Positions 50,842 through 61,322 of a stretch of DNA of 64,000 nt are shown here, piece by piece (positions within the stretch are counted from its first letter, which is position 1; each line of letters starts with the position of its first letter). Location of the stretch: NCBI GenBank assembly GCA_963715195.1, contig CAVQRT010000030.1, forward strand, positions 160,001 to 224,000, written 5' to 3'. The notes under the pieces were generated by a model, which was given only the letters and a program-made list of their open reading frames with translations, was not told the origin of the DNA and did not search any database. Both the position numbers and the translations under genes were made by a program. Source of the stretch: Thermodesulfovibrionales bacterium (GTDB lineage: Bacteria > Nitrospirota > Thermodesulfovibrionia > Thermodesulfovibrionales > SM23-35).

Positions 50842-52428
50842 GTGGAACTGAAAAACGACGAAATGGAAAAGCTGTATGCTGAAACCTTTCATAGTATTCA
50901 GGAGGGCTCGATACTGAAAGGAAAGATCTTATCCCTTCGGCAGGATGGGGTTATTATCGATATCGGCTATAAATCTGAAGGATTTATTCCGATCGATGAA
51001 TTCTCCGGAGAGGAGATAGGTTCCCTGCAGATCGGTGCTGATTTAGAGGTCTTTGTTGAGAAAATTGAAGATGCTGAAGGGACGCTCAAGCTCTCAAAAG
51101 AGCGTGCTACCAAGATAAAGGTGTGGGAAATGCTCGAAAATGCCCTTCGGGACGGAAGTTCGGTCGAAGGCACGATTGTCGGAAAGACAAAAGGGGGTTT
51201 TTCTGCTGATATCTCCGGTGTTGCGGCTTTCCTGCCAGGCTCGCAGGTCGACATAAAACCGCTTAAGAATATTGATAACCTTGTCGGGAAAAAACTGTCT
51301 TTTCGGGTATTGAAACTGAACAGCAAACTTTCCAATGTCATTGTATCGAGGAGGGCGATTCTTGAAGAAGAGATGCAGAAGAAGAAGGCAGAGACACTCG
51401 AAAACCTGAAAGAAGGACAGGTAATGCATGGTATCGTGAAAAATATCACTGATTATGGTGTTTTTGTTGACCTCGGTGGCATAGACGGTCTCCTCCACAT
51501 ATCGGATATCTCTTGGGGAAGAATCAATCATCCGTCCGAATTCTTTGTGATCGGTGATGAAATAAAAGTTATTGTCCTGAAGTATGATGAGGCAAATGAG
51601 AAAGTGACGCTGGGATATAAACAGAAAAAACCCGATCCATGGAGCCTTGTTGATGAAAAATATCCTGTCGGGAGGCGGGTGAAAGGAAAGGTTGTCAGCA
51701 TTACCGATTACGGAGCATTCATAGAACTTGAGGAAGGGCTGGAAGGGCTTGTGCATATTTCAGAAATCGACTGGTTGTCGAGGCTGAAGCATCCTTCAAA
51801 ATATTTGTCCATAGGCGAGACCGTTGAGACCCTTGTCTTGAAGGTCGACAAGGAGGAACGGAGGCTTTCCCTGAGTATAAAACAGATCAAGCCGAGTCCC
51901 TGGTCACTGGTCTCGCAACGGTACTCAGTTGGTCAACGGGTATCGGGCAGGGTCAAAACGATAACTGATTTTGGGGTTTTTGTCGGTCTGCCTGAGGGCA
52001 TCGATGCCCTGATCCATATATCAGATCTTTCCTGGACGAAACATATCAAGCATCCATCGGAATTACTGAAAAAGGGTCAGAAGATTGATGCTATTGTCCT
52101 AAGCATCGAGCCGGAAGCAGAAAAAATGGCACTTGGGTTGAAACAGCTGGAGCAGGACCCGTGGTTGCATGATATTCCTGAGCGGTTTAAACTCGGTTCA
52201 GAAGTTACGGGGAAAGTCCTCACCCTTACGGATTTCGGCATATTCGTTGAGCTCGAAGGCGGGGGCGAGGGTCTTGTTTATTCATCTGAAATAGCAAAGC
52301 CGCAGGCAGAGAACGTAGAAGATGTTATCAAGCCGGGCGATACCATCGTGATTCGAATCATCAAAATAGACTGCGAGGAGCGGAAGATCGGGTTGAGCAT
52401 GAAAAATCTGAAAAGGACACAAGATTGA
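50842..52428 (+). CDS. rpsA: 30S ribosomal protein S1
   Basis: Repeated S1 domains (TDYGVFVDLGGIDGLLHISD and similar). Confidence 0.95.
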   Translation: MELKNDEMEKLYAETFHSIQEGSILKGKILSLRQDGVIIDIGYKSEGFIPIDEFSGEEIGSLQIGADLEVFVEKIEDAEGTLKLSKERATKIKVWEMLENALRDGSSVEGTIVGKTKGGFSADISGVAAFLPGSQVDIKPLKNIDNLVGKKLSFRVLKLNSKLSNVIVSRRAILEEEMQKKKAETLENLKEGQVMHGIVKNITDYGVFVDLGGIDGLLHISDISWGRINHPSEFFVIGDEIKVIVLKYDEANEKVTLGYKQKKPDPWSLVDEKYPVGRRVKGKVVSITDYGAFIELEEGLEGLVHISEIDWLSRLKHPSKYLSIGETVETLVLKVDKEERRLSLSIKQIKPSPWSLVSQRYSVGQRVSGRVKTITDFGVFVGLPEGIDALIHISDLSWTKHIKHPSELLKKGQKIDAIVLSIEPEAEKMALGLKQLEQDPWLHDIPERFKLGSEVTGKVLTLTDFGIFVELEGGGEGLVYSSEIAKPQAENVEDVIKPGDTIVIRIIKIDCEERKIGLSMKNLKRTQD

Positions 52429-53273
52429 AGAAATTTATTATCGTGTTTGCTGTGCTTCTGGTGATTGTCATTATCATCAGTCTGGTTCTCGCCCTGCTCC
52501 AGAAAAATCTGCCCATCGGCGACAAGGTCGCGCTTATCCGTATTGAGGGACCGATTCTCGATTCGGGGAATATGATTGATGAACTCAAAGATTATGTGAA
52601 GGATCTCTCAGTGAAGGCTATAGTCCTTCGGATTGATAGTCCGGGTGGGGCCGTAGCACCCTCGCAGGAAATTTATGAAGAAGTGAGAAAGGCCGTTTCG
52701 AAAAAGACCATCGTGGTATCGATGGGCTCTATTGCGGCATCCGGTGGATATTATATTGCATCGCCTGCCACAAGGATTATTGCAAACCCGGGAACCCTCA
52801 CAGGGTCCATTGGTGTGATAATGGAAATACCTAACATGGAAGGGCTCATGAATAAAATAGGTGTCAAAACCGAAGTCATAAAGAGCGGCAAGCACAAGGA
52901 CATCGCTTCGGTATTCCGTGGTATCAATAAAGAAGAGCGGGAAATCCTGCAAACTGTGCTTGACAATGTGCATGAACAATTTATCAATGCTGTTTCCGAG
53001 GGAAGAAATATGCTCCGTGAGGATGTGCTGAGGATTGCTGATGGACGGATATACACCGGAGAACAGGCACTTAAGGCCGGCCTCATTGATGAACTCGGGA
53101 ATCTTGAAGATGCAGTCAAAGCAGCAGCAAAACTCTCCGGCATAAAAGGAGAACCATCAGTGGTCAGCAAAGAAGAGAAGTTTTCGCTGATCAGTCTCCT
53201 CAGAGGCAAGATGCCAAAGGAATTGACGGATATGTTTCCTTCAGTGAGTGTTAAGTACCTTTTTACACCCTGA
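52425..53273 (+). CDS. sppA: Signal peptide peptidase SppA (36K type)
   Basis: RIDSPGG, AASGGYY, GSIGV, KSGKHKD. Confidence 0.93.
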   Translation: MKKFIIVFAVLLVIVIIISLVLALLQKNLPIGDKVALIRIEGPILDSGNMIDELKDYVKDLSVKAIVLRIDSPGGAVAPSQEIYEEVRKAVSKKTIVVSMGSIAASGGYYIASPATRIIANPGTLTGSIGVIMEIPNMEGLMNKIGVKTEVIKSGKHKDIASVFRGINKEEREILQTVLDNVHEQFINAVSEGRNMLREDVLRIADGRIYTGEQALKAGLIDELGNLEDAVKAAAKLSGIKGEPSVVSKEEKFSLISLLRGKMPKELTDMFPSVSVKYLFTP

Positions 53274-53344
53274 CAGGGAATTCATGAATTAAAAATTTTT
53301 TGCTTGATGTTCCAAACCATGATCAACGAATGAAAGGAGGGAAT

Positions 53345-53626
53345 ATGACGAAATCAGTCCTGGTAGAAAAGGTATCTGAGAGAATCGGCAGCCTTACGAA
53401 AAAACAGACGGAAATCGTTGTTGACACCGTTTTTGACAGCATAAAAGAAGCCCTTGTGAAGGGAGAAAAGATCGAAATCAGAGGGTTTGGAAATTTTAAG
53501 CCGAAAGTCCGGAAACCCCGAAGGGCCCGTAATCCGAAAACAGGGGAAAGAGTCGATGTGCCCGGGAAACGTGTTCTGCATTTTAAGGTGGGGAAAGCCC
53601 TCAGAGATGCGATGAACCCCGGATAG
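53345..53626 (+). CDS. ihfB: Integration host factor beta / HU-family protein
   Basis: MTKS.L, IEIRGFGNF, RNPKTGE, FKVGKAL; follows rpsA-sppA; AGGAGG SD. Confidence 0.8.
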   Translation: MTKSVLVEKVSERIGSLTKKQTEIVVDTVFDSIKEALVKGEKIEIRGFGNFKPKVRKPRRARNPKTGERVDVPGKRVLHFKVGKALRDAMNPG

Positions 53627-53724
53627 GATTACATTCGCAAAGCGTTCATACCAGCAGATTACTGCGGGTACCAGTTACACAGAGCAGTAAGCATACGTAT
53701 ACTCCTGTCAAAAACCTTGCCTGA

Positions 53725-53733
53725 TGATACAAT
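53725..53733 (+). promoter_or_regulatory. Extended -10 promoter (TGaTACAAT) 6 nt before cobA ATG
   Basis: TGn-TACAAT with no SD. Confidence 0.6.
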
Positions 53734-53739
53734 GATCAC

Positions 53740-55332
53740 ATGAAAGGAAAAGTGTATTTAGTCGGCGCAGGACCGGGTGACATCGGCCTGCTTACCATTA
53801 AAGGACTGAAATGTCTGAGGAAAGCCGATGTTGTCATCTATGATTTCCATCTGAATGCACAGGTTTTGAATTACATTAGTCATAACGCCGAATTTATCTA
53901 TGCGGGGAAACGGGGCGGTCATCACACATTGACTCAGGATGAAATCAATAACATCCTTGTCCGGAAGGCAAAGGAAGGAAAAATTATCTGCAGACTGAAG
54001 GGCGGAGACCCCTTTGTTTTTGGCCGGGGGGGGGAGGAGGCAGAGGCTCTGTCAAGGGAAGGAATAGCATTTGAAGTAGTACCGGGCGTGAGTTCGGCCA
54101 TCGCAGCGCCTGCATATGCCGGGATCCCCCTGACCCACAGGCTTTTATCTTCTTCATTTGCCGTTATTCCAGGTTATGAAGATGCCGCAAAAAAGGAGAG
54201 CATGATCGACTGGTCAAAGCTCGCAACGGGAGTCGGTACCCTTGTTTTTCTTATGGCGGTAAAAAACGTGGATCTGATTGTTCGAAAATTGATGGAGCAC
54301 GGCAGACCTTCTGAAACCCCCGTTGCTGTTGTCAGATGGGGTACGCGGCCTGACCAAAAGACGATCGTTGGGACATTGGAGAGCATTCCGGCGATTGTCA
54401 GGGAAAAGCATATCCAACCGCCTGCAGTAATGATTGTCGGTGAAGTGGTCAATCTGCGGAAGACCCTGAAATGGTATGAAAAAAAGCCGCTGTTCGGATA
54501 CCGGATACTGGTGACTCGGGAACATATGGAAGGATTTGAACGATTGGAAGAAATGGGTGCAGAGATTCTGGAATTTCCGACGATCGAAATTATTCCGCCG
54601 GCAAGCTATGCAGAGCTTGATTCCTCTATTGAACGCATCACGTCATATGACTGGATTGTCTTTACCAGCCGGAATGGCGTGAAATATTTTTTCAGGCGGT
54701 TTTTCGAAAGAGATAAGGATATCAGGGAACTGAAAGGGATAAGAATCTGCACGGTCGGGACAAAGACTGCACAGGAAGTTAAGAACTATGGCATGAAAGT
54801 TGATTTGATACCCGGTGATTTCCGCGCAGAGGGCCTCATCGAGTCATTCGTGAAACTCGGCCAGGGGCATAGTACTGCTTCCGGACAGAAAATCAAAAAC
54901 TCAGGATTTCTCAAGGGCATGCGCTTCCTGCTTCCGAGGGCAGAAAAAGCACGGGAGATATTCCCTGAGAAAGTAAGAGAGCTGGGTGGAGAAATCGATG
55001 TCCCTGTTGTGTACAGGACTGTAAAACCTGAATCGCGGGGAAAAAGACTCCGGAGATTTTTACGGGAAGGAAGGATTTCGATGGCTACTTTCACGAGCGG
55101 AGCAACGTTTGATAATTTCAGAGAAATTATGGGCGAGGATGCTGACGAATATTTGCAAGGGATCCCTATTGCGGCCATAGGCCCGGTAACGGCAAAGTCA
55201 ATCGAAAAAGCAGGGCTTCGTGTTGACATAATGCCGAAGGAAGCCACTATAGAAGCAATGGTAGAAGAGATTATACAATGGATACAAAAGAAGCATGCAA
55301 AAGAAATCAAATCAGACGATCAAAATACTTAA
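53740..55332 (+). CDS. cobA: Uroporphyrinogen-III C-methyltransferase / uroporphyrinogen-III synthase fusion
   Basis: LVGAGPGD, RLKGGDPFVFGRGGEE; HemD part FTSRNGV, FTSG, AIGPVT. Confidence 0.93.
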   Translation: MKGKVYLVGAGPGDIGLLTIKGLKCLRKADVVIYDFHLNAQVLNYISHNAEFIYAGKRGGHHTLTQDEINNILVRKAKEGKIICRLKGGDPFVFGRGGEEAEALSREGIAFEVVPGVSSAIAAPAYAGIPLTHRLLSSSFAVIPGYEDAAKKESMIDWSKLATGVGTLVFLMAVKNVDLIVRKLMEHGRPSETPVAVVRWGTRPDQKTIVGTLESIPAIVREKHIQPPAVMIVGEVVNLRKTLKWYEKKPLFGYRILVTREHMEGFERLEEMGAEILEFPTIEIIPPASYAELDSSIERITSYDWIVFTSRNGVKYFFRRFFERDKDIRELKGIRICTVGTKTAQEVKNYGMKVDLIPGDFRAEGLIESFVKLGQGHSTASGQKIKNSGFLKGMRFLLPRAEKAREIFPEKVRELGGEIDVPVVYRTVKPESRGKRLRRFLREGRISMATFTSGATFDNFREIMGEDADEYLQGIPIAAIGPVTAKSIEKAGLRVDIMPKEATIEAMVEEIIQWIQKKHAKEIKSDDQNT

Positions 55333-55508
55333 TCCAAACAGTTCAGACATTGTTCAAAAAATTATGCAACTCGATGATTTAATGAAAATATTTTTTATCT
55401 TTTTCTGAATAAACATATCGGTGAAACCATCAGGTGAAGGGACATTATGGTATCGAAAAATAAATTTTCTCACACTATGAGCACTTTTCAAATACATTTT
55501 CTGGTTTA

Positions 55509-57536
55509 ATGAATCTGCCTGAACTTGATGCCCTCCTCTTTTTCCTCGTAAATCTAAATCTTCAGAACAGCTTCTTTGATCTCGTGATGCCTTTTATTAC
55601 CAAAAATGTCTGGATGATTTTTCTGCCCCTTTTTCTATGGTGTGCTGCAAAGGACAGGAAAACAGCACTGCTTGCCCTTGTTCTCGGAGTTGGGGCGCTC
55701 CTGCTGGCTGACTGGACATCGAATACCCTCAAACATTTCTTCGGACGTGTCAGGCCATGCCATATGCTGGACGGAGTGAGATTGCTTGTAGGGTGCGGGG
55801 AATCATTTTCGATGCCTTCCAGTCATGCAGTGAACGCCTTTGCATTTATGACCCCTTTTTACCTGCTGCTGCAAAGGAACCGGATCCGTTACCTTTTTCT
55901 TGTCGTTGCTGTTACGGTGGGCTTCTCAAGAGTCTATGTGGGCGTTCATTATCCCTCTGACGTCCTTGCGGGGGCACTGATTGGTATGCTCGTGTCGGTA
56001 TTGGTTTTGCATTCGTATCGGGTGGCATCGAAGAGGTTTCAGAAAAACCCTTTGTCAACGGTGCTGACAGTTTCCCTCATTTGTATCGGACTTTTCCGTA
56101 TCTATTACATTCAGAATGGTCCGCTGGAGCTGAGTCCTGACGAAGCACATTACTGGGAATGGTCCCGCAGGCTCGATCTCAGTTACTATTCGAAGGGACC
56201 AATGATCGCATACCTTATTCATCTCGGCACCGGCCTCTTCGGGGATACGGTTTTTGGCATCAGGATTATGGCTGTTGTTTTTTCAACACTGAGCAGTATG
56301 GTGCTGTATTTTTTCGGAAGAAGGGTTTATGACGAAAAGGCCGGATTGCTTTCGGCACTTATCATTCAGATAATCCCCCTTTTTTCAGCCTATGGGGTTA
56401 TCTTTACCATTGATTCCCCGTTTATATTTTTTTGGATCCTGGCGCTTTTTTTATTCGGGGAATCTCTCCACCAAACTCATACTGCGCATCCTAAAACGAT
56501 TCTCTCCTGGAGCATGCTCGGCCTGTCTGTAGGGCTTGGTTTGTTGACTAAATATTCCATGGCGTTCTTCTATCCCTGTGCTTTTCTGTTCCTGTTGATT
56601 TCGAAGGAGACGAGAAAAATTCTTCTGACAAAAGGTCCTTACCTTGCCTGTATCCTGAGTATCCTCATATTCAGTCCGGTCATTGTGTGGAATGCAACCC
56701 GCAACTGGGTGACACTCAGGCATACTGCGGGGCAGGTCCATATTGCGGAGGGATTGCAGATTTCCCCTCTGAGCTTCCTGGAGTTCATCGGATCGCAACT
56801 CGGGGTAATAACGCCTCTATTGCTGATATTGATGATTGTTGCCCTTGTGCAATTGCGGCGGAAATACCCTGGCTCTCTTCTGTTCTGGTTTTCTGTTCCG
56901 GTGATCGGTTTTTTTCTTCTGAAGAGTGTTCAGGGAAAGGTCCAGGCGAACTGGGCACTGCCGGGTTATGTCACAGGCATCGTCGCTTTTGCAGCTTACG
57001 CCCTAAAAAAATTCCTTCACGACGCGAAATGGAAAAGGATTTTGACAGCGACTGCACTTTCCATGGCATTGACCGTCACTTCCATAGCCCATTACCCGGC
57101 CATACTCAACCTTCCCGTGCGCTTTGATCCTGCGGCACGCCTCACCGGATGGAAAGACCTGGGGTCAGAAGTCTCAGCGTTCTATGAAGAAATGTTACTC
57201 AACAAACCGGTATTTATCTTCTCTGACCGTTATCAGATTTCAAGCCAGCTTGCTTTTTATGTTCGGGGGCATCCCGTAACGTATTGTATCAACGGAAACC
57301 GGAGGATGAACCAGTATGATCTGTGGCCATCATTTCATACGTTCATCCACTCTGATGCAATCTTTGTCAGAACAGGCGATGTGCGTATTCCGGAACACGT
57401 GGCAGGCGCTTTTGAGAAAGTTGAGAAAAAGGTATTTACCGCTTATACTAAGAAGCATGCAAAAATCAGAGACTACTCCATTTTCCTCTGTTACGATTTC
57501 AAGGGATTAGATCCGGAGAAACCGGTGACATACTGA
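55509..57536 (+). CDS. PAP2 lipid phosphatase fused to ArnT/PMT-like GT-C glycosyltransferase
   Basis: KHFFGRVRP, PSSH and SRVYVGVHYPSD PAP2 motifs; then SPDEAHYWEW, SKGP, many TM helices, TKY. Confidence 0.85.
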   Translation: MNLPELDALLFFLVNLNLQNSFFDLVMPFITKNVWMIFLPLFLWCAAKDRKTALLALVLGVGALLLADWTSNTLKHFFGRVRPCHMLDGVRLLVGCGESFSMPSSHAVNAFAFMTPFYLLLQRNRIRYLFLVVAVTVGFSRVYVGVHYPSDVLAGALIGMLVSVLVLHSYRVASKRFQKNPLSTVLTVSLICIGLFRIYYIQNGPLELSPDEAHYWEWSRRLDLSYYSKGPMIAYLIHLGTGLFGDTVFGIRIMAVVFSTLSSMVLYFFGRRVYDEKAGLLSALIIQIIPLFSAYGVIFTIDSPFIFFWILALFLFGESLHQTHTAHPKTILSWSMLGLSVGLGLLTKYSMAFFYPCAFLFLLISKETRKILLTKGPYLACILSILIFSPVIVWNATRNWVTLRHTAGQVHIAEGLQISPLSFLEFIGSQLGVITPLLLILMIVALVQLRRKYPGSLLFWFSVPVIGFFLLKSVQGKVQANWALPGYVTGIVAFAAYALKKFLHDAKWKRILTATALSMALTVTSIAHYPAILNLPVRFDPAARLTGWKDLGSEVSAFYEEMLLNKPVFIFSDRYQISSQLAFYVRGHPVTYCINGNRRMNQYDLWPSFHTFIHSDAIFVRTGDVRIPEHVAGAFEKVEKKVFTAYTKKHAKIRDYSIFLCYDFKGLDPEKPVTY

Positions 57537-58483
57537 TGACGCTTTCTGTCGTGATCCCTCTCTACAATGAAGAAGAGAATATTCAGCTTCTTTACGACCG
57601 GTTAAAAAAATCTCTTGACCCTATGGGGCAGGAATACGAAATCTTGTTCGTCGATGACGGGAGCACCGACCGGACACTTTCCCTCCTCGAAAAAATTCAG
57701 GCTGATGATAAACGGGTAATGGTACTAAGTCTCCGGAGAAATTTTGGACAGACCGCGGCATTTGCAGCAGGGTTTGATTTTGCCCGGGGAGATGTTGTTG
57801 TTACCATGGATGGCGATCTGCAGAATGATCCATCTGATATACCGAAACTTATCGGCATGATAAAAGATTACGATCTTGTGAGCGGCTGGCGGAAAGAAAG
57901 GAAAGACCCGTTTTTTACCAGAAGGTTACCTTCTATCATAGCGAACTGGCTGATAAGCAATGTCACCGGCGTCAAACTTCATGATTACGGATGTTCACTC
58001 AAGGCTTACAGGAGGGAAGTAATAAAGAATCTCAAGCTCTATGGAGAGATGCACAGGTTTATCCCAGCCGTTGCGAGCTGGTATGGAGTCCGGGTTGCGG
58101 AAGTTGAAACCGTCCATCACCCGAGACTTTACGGCAAATCAAAATACGGCATATCCCGTACGATCAAAGTTGTCCTAGACCTGATCACGGTAAAATTCCT
58201 CCAGAGCTTTTCCACGAAACCGATTCAGTTTTTCGGGCCTGTCGGCATGGTGAGCGGCATTCTTGGATTCCTCATCCTGCTTTATCTGAGCATCGACAAA
58301 CTCTTTTTCGGGAATCCTATAGGGGGCAGACCGCTGATTTTGCTGGGAGCTCTCCTGATAATCGTCGGTATCCAGCTTATTGGAATGGGACTTCTGGGAG
58401 AAATGCTCGTGAGGGTATACCATGAGAGCCAGAGAAAACCTATTTACGTAATGAAGAAGATCCTTGGCCCTGAAAGCAAATAA
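57536..58483 (+). CDS. GT2 polyprenyl-phosphate glycosyltransferase (ArnC/GtrB-like)
   Basis: VIPLYNEE, DDGS, RNFGQTAA, DGDLQNDP, two C-terminal TM helices. Confidence 0.9.
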   Translation: MTLSVVIPLYNEEENIQLLYDRLKKSLDPMGQEYEILFVDDGSTDRTLSLLEKIQADDKRVMVLSLRRNFGQTAAFAAGFDFARGDVVVTMDGDLQNDPSDIPKLIGMIKDYDLVSGWRKERKDPFFTRRLPSIIANWLISNVTGVKLHDYGCSLKAYRREVIKNLKLYGEMHRFIPAVASWYGVRVAEVETVHHPRLYGKSKYGISRTIKVVLDLITVKFLQSFSTKPIQFFGPVGMVSGILGFLILLYLSIDKLFFGNPIGGRPLILLGALLIIVGIQLIGMGLLGEMLVRVYHESQRKPIYVMKKILGPESK

Positions 58484-59396
58484 AATCCTCCCGGCCGCAA
58501 TCAAGCTCTGCATAAGCTCGGCACTCCTGTATTTTATTTTTGCCAGGACAGGCCTCACCGAGATACTCAGAACACTCGGCGGTATCAACATTTTTGCATT
58601 TATTGCAGCGATTTTCCTCTATCTGCTTGCTCAGCTGATTTCCACCTTGCGTTGGAAGTTGCTGCTTCCCGGCGGATTCGGGTTGAAAAAGCTCTTTTCG
58701 TTGTACATGATCGGAGCTTTTTTTAATTCTTTTCTTCCCGGGATCATCGGAGGAGATGCGATCAAGGGGTTTTATCTTTACAAAACAACCGGCAAGGTCG
58801 GCCTTGCGCTGGCGTCTGTTTTTATGGACAGATATCTTGGCCTAGTGGTTTTAATTGCGATATGTGCTGTGGCTTTCCCTTTTGGATATCAATACCTGCA
58901 TGGAACAAACATAGCATGGGTTTTACTGTCGGTAATTCTGTCTTTTATCATCGGGAGCTTTCTGTTTTTCGGCCTGCGTATTGGGAAACAGATTAAACAC
59001 CTCGCAGATCTGTACAATTATTTCCATATCTACCGCAACGAGAGGGGCACCATAGGAAAAGCACTGCTTCTTTCAGTATTTGTTCAGCTCGCCGGGTTCT
59101 CAGCCGTGTATATCCTTGCACAGGGGCTTGGACAAAATATCCCATTTCTTTCACTCTTTATTTACCTGCCGCTCATTATATTGGTTTCGATGATTCCGAT
59201 ATCAATCTCCGGCCTCGGTGTTCGGGAAGGAGCATTCGTTCTGTTTTTTGGCTTTATCGGAGTAAAGCCCGAGGCTGCCACAGCAATTTCCCTGTCCTGG
59301 TTTATATCAGCTTCGGTTGGAAGTCTCATCGGTCTGATTGAATATGTGAAGTTTAAAAAAGAAGAAAACGGCATACCGATTCAAGAAGATCAATAA
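58464..59396 (+). CDS. Lysylphosphatidylglycerol-synthase-TM / flippase-like membrane protein
   Basis: RW.LL, FFNSFLPG.IGGD, DRYLG, PISISGLGVRE. Confidence 0.85.
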   Translation: MALKANKILPAAIKLCISSALLYFIFARTGLTEILRTLGGINIFAFIAAIFLYLLAQLISTLRWKLLLPGGFGLKKLFSLYMIGAFFNSFLPGIIGGDAIKGFYLYKTTGKVGLALASVFMDRYLGLVVLIAICAVAFPFGYQYLHGTNIAWVLLSVILSFIIGSFLFFGLRIGKQIKHLADLYNYFHIYRNERGTIGKALLLSVFVQLAGFSAVYILAQGLGQNIPFLSLFIYLPLIILVSMIPISISGLGVREGAFVLFFGFIGVKPEAATAISLSWFISASVGSLIGLIEYVKFKKEENGIPIQEDQ

Positions 59397-59405
59397 GGAG
59401 GAACG

Positions 59406-59906
59406 ATGGTTCTTTATCTTGTGCGGCACGCAGATGCCAGGAAGGAAGAAGAGGACCCTTTGCGAGCATTATCCGAAAAGGGCATCTCCGATATTACCCG
59501 GATCGCTTCCTGTGTCCGGCAATTGAACCCTCATGCCCTTAGAATATTTCATAGCCCCAAATTGAGAGCGAGACAGACAGCAGAAATTTTATCCGAGTAT
59601 CTGAATCCTGTAAAGGGTCCTTCAGAAGTGGATGGCCTGTCACCCCTTGATCATCCTGATATCTGGGCAGTTCGTATACAAAATACATATGATGATACGA
59701 TTCTCGTCGGGCACCTGCCGCATCTCGGGCGTCTTGCATCCTTGCTCCTGTGCGGGAATTTGGCGAAGAATGTCATCGCGTTCAGAACGGCGTCTATCAC
59801 CTGCCTCAAAAGGGATGACGCAGGGCTATGGAGTTTAGCCTGGATGCTGACCCCTGAAATTCTTCTCGGTGAACAAGGAACAGGATATACGTGTGATAGC
59901 TTATAA
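59406..59906 (+). CDS. sixA: Phosphohistidine phosphatase SixA
   Basis: LYLVRHA, R.LS.KG, HSPKLRARQTA, LVGHLP. Confidence 0.88.
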   Translation: MVLYLVRHADARKEEEDPLRALSEKGISDITRIASCVRQLNPHALRIFHSPKLRARQTAEILSEYLNPVKGPSEVDGLSPLDHPDIWAVRIQNTYDDTILVGHLPHLGRLASLLLCGNLAKNVIAFRTASITCLKRDDAGLWSLAWMLTPEILLGEQGTGYTCDSL

Positions 59907-59918
59907 CGGAGTCATGAT

Positions 59919-61301
59919 ATGAAATTGCAATTCCTTGGTGGTGCGAGGACCGTTACCGGCTCCTGCTTCTACATCGAATGTAACCAACTAAAAATCCTTG
60001 TGGATTGCGGGCTCTACCAGGGTGAAAATTCTGAAGAAATTAACAGGGTGCCCTTTAACTTCAAGCCTGAAGATATCGATTTCATTTTTATCACTCACGC
60101 GCATATAGACCATTCCGGTATGCTCCCGAGAATTGTACGTGAGGGGTTTGCGGGCAAAATACTGACGACGCCGGCAACGCGGGACCTTCTTGAAATCATG
60201 CTCTATGACTCCGCACAGATACAGGAAAGCGACGCTGCATGGCAGACAAAAAAAGCTGTCAGGGCTGCAAAGGTTTCTGTCTCGCCGCTTTATACCGTTG
60301 AGGATGTAAAAAATACAATGCCTTTTTTTGAAATGAAACCATACGATACGATTTTTCATCTTGGCAGAGGGATCAAGTACCGGTTTTTAGATGCCGGGCA
60401 TATCCTTGGTTCAGGAACCCTTGAAGTCTGGTTTCAGGACAGCGGGGGAGAAAGGAAGATAGTTTTCTCCGGAGATATCGGGAAAAAAGACAACCCGATT
60501 ATCAGAGACCCATCTGCCCCTGTTGAGGCAGATTTCATTGTCATGGAGTCAACATATGGCAACAGGCGGCACAAGGCATTGAGTGACAGTATTGATGAAC
60601 TGGTCCAGGCAATCAAAATAACGTTTAAAAAAGGTGGAAACGTTTATATTCCCTCATTCGCCGTCGGCAGGACGCAAGACCTCCTCTATATCCTGAACGA
60701 CCTTGTGAGGGAGAAGAGGCTTTACAATATTCATGTCTACCTTGACAGTCCTCTCGCAGAAGAGGCAACAAAAGTCTACCTGGCACACCCTGAAGTATTT
60801 GATGAAGAGGCAAAAAGACGATTTTCCACTGATGAATTTGATGATTCTCTGAAGCTTCACTTTATACAGAGCGTTCAGGAATCGATGGCTTTGAACAGAA
60901 TCAGGTCCGGGATTCTCGTGATCGCCGGGAGCGGCATGTGTGAAGGTGGAAGAATGCGGCACCATCTGAAGCATAATTTGTGGAGGCAGGAATGCAGCAT
61001 CATATTTGTCGGGTATCAGGGGAAGGGTACGCTGGGAAGGCAGATTGTGGATGGTGCGAAATTTGTAAATGTCCTTGGCGATGAAATAGCGGTCAGGGCG
61101 TCTGTATATACCATCAACGGTTTTTCAGCCCATGCGGATCAGGCTGAACTTGTTGACTGGATTTCCTGTTTCAAAAATTCACCCGAGGTATTCATTGTAC
61201 ATGGGGAGGAAGATGTTGCGGTTGCTTTCGGTGAATTCGTGATGGAGAAATTCGGGTTTCGTACCCATGTGCCTGAAAAAGGAGACGTATTTGAGATATA
61301 G
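59919..61301 (+). CDS. MBL-fold beta-CASP ribonuclease-like protein
   Basis: VTGS, THAHIDHSG, AGHILGS, FSGD, ESTYG, GSGMCEGGR, FSAHAD, VHGE. Confidence 0.92.
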   Translation: MKLQFLGGARTVTGSCFYIECNQLKILVDCGLYQGENSEEINRVPFNFKPEDIDFIFITHAHIDHSGMLPRIVREGFAGKILTTPATRDLLEIMLYDSAQIQESDAAWQTKKAVRAAKVSVSPLYTVEDVKNTMPFFEMKPYDTIFHLGRGIKYRFLDAGHILGSGTLEVWFQDSGGERKIVFSGDIGKKDNPIIRDPSAPVEADFIVMESTYGNRRHKALSDSIDELVQAIKITFKKGGNVYIPSFAVGRTQDLLYILNDLVREKRLYNIHVYLDSPLAEEATKVYLAHPEVFDEEAKRRFSTDEFDDSLKLHFIQSVQESMALNRIRSGILVIAGSGMCEGGRMRHHLKHNLWRQECSIIFVGYQGKGTLGRQIVDGAKFVNVLGDEIAVRASVYTINGFSAHADQAELVDWISCFKNSPEVFIVHGEEDVAVAFGEFVMEKFGFRTHVPEKGDVFEI

Positions 61302-61322
61302 GTCCTGTGCCAAATTACACGC

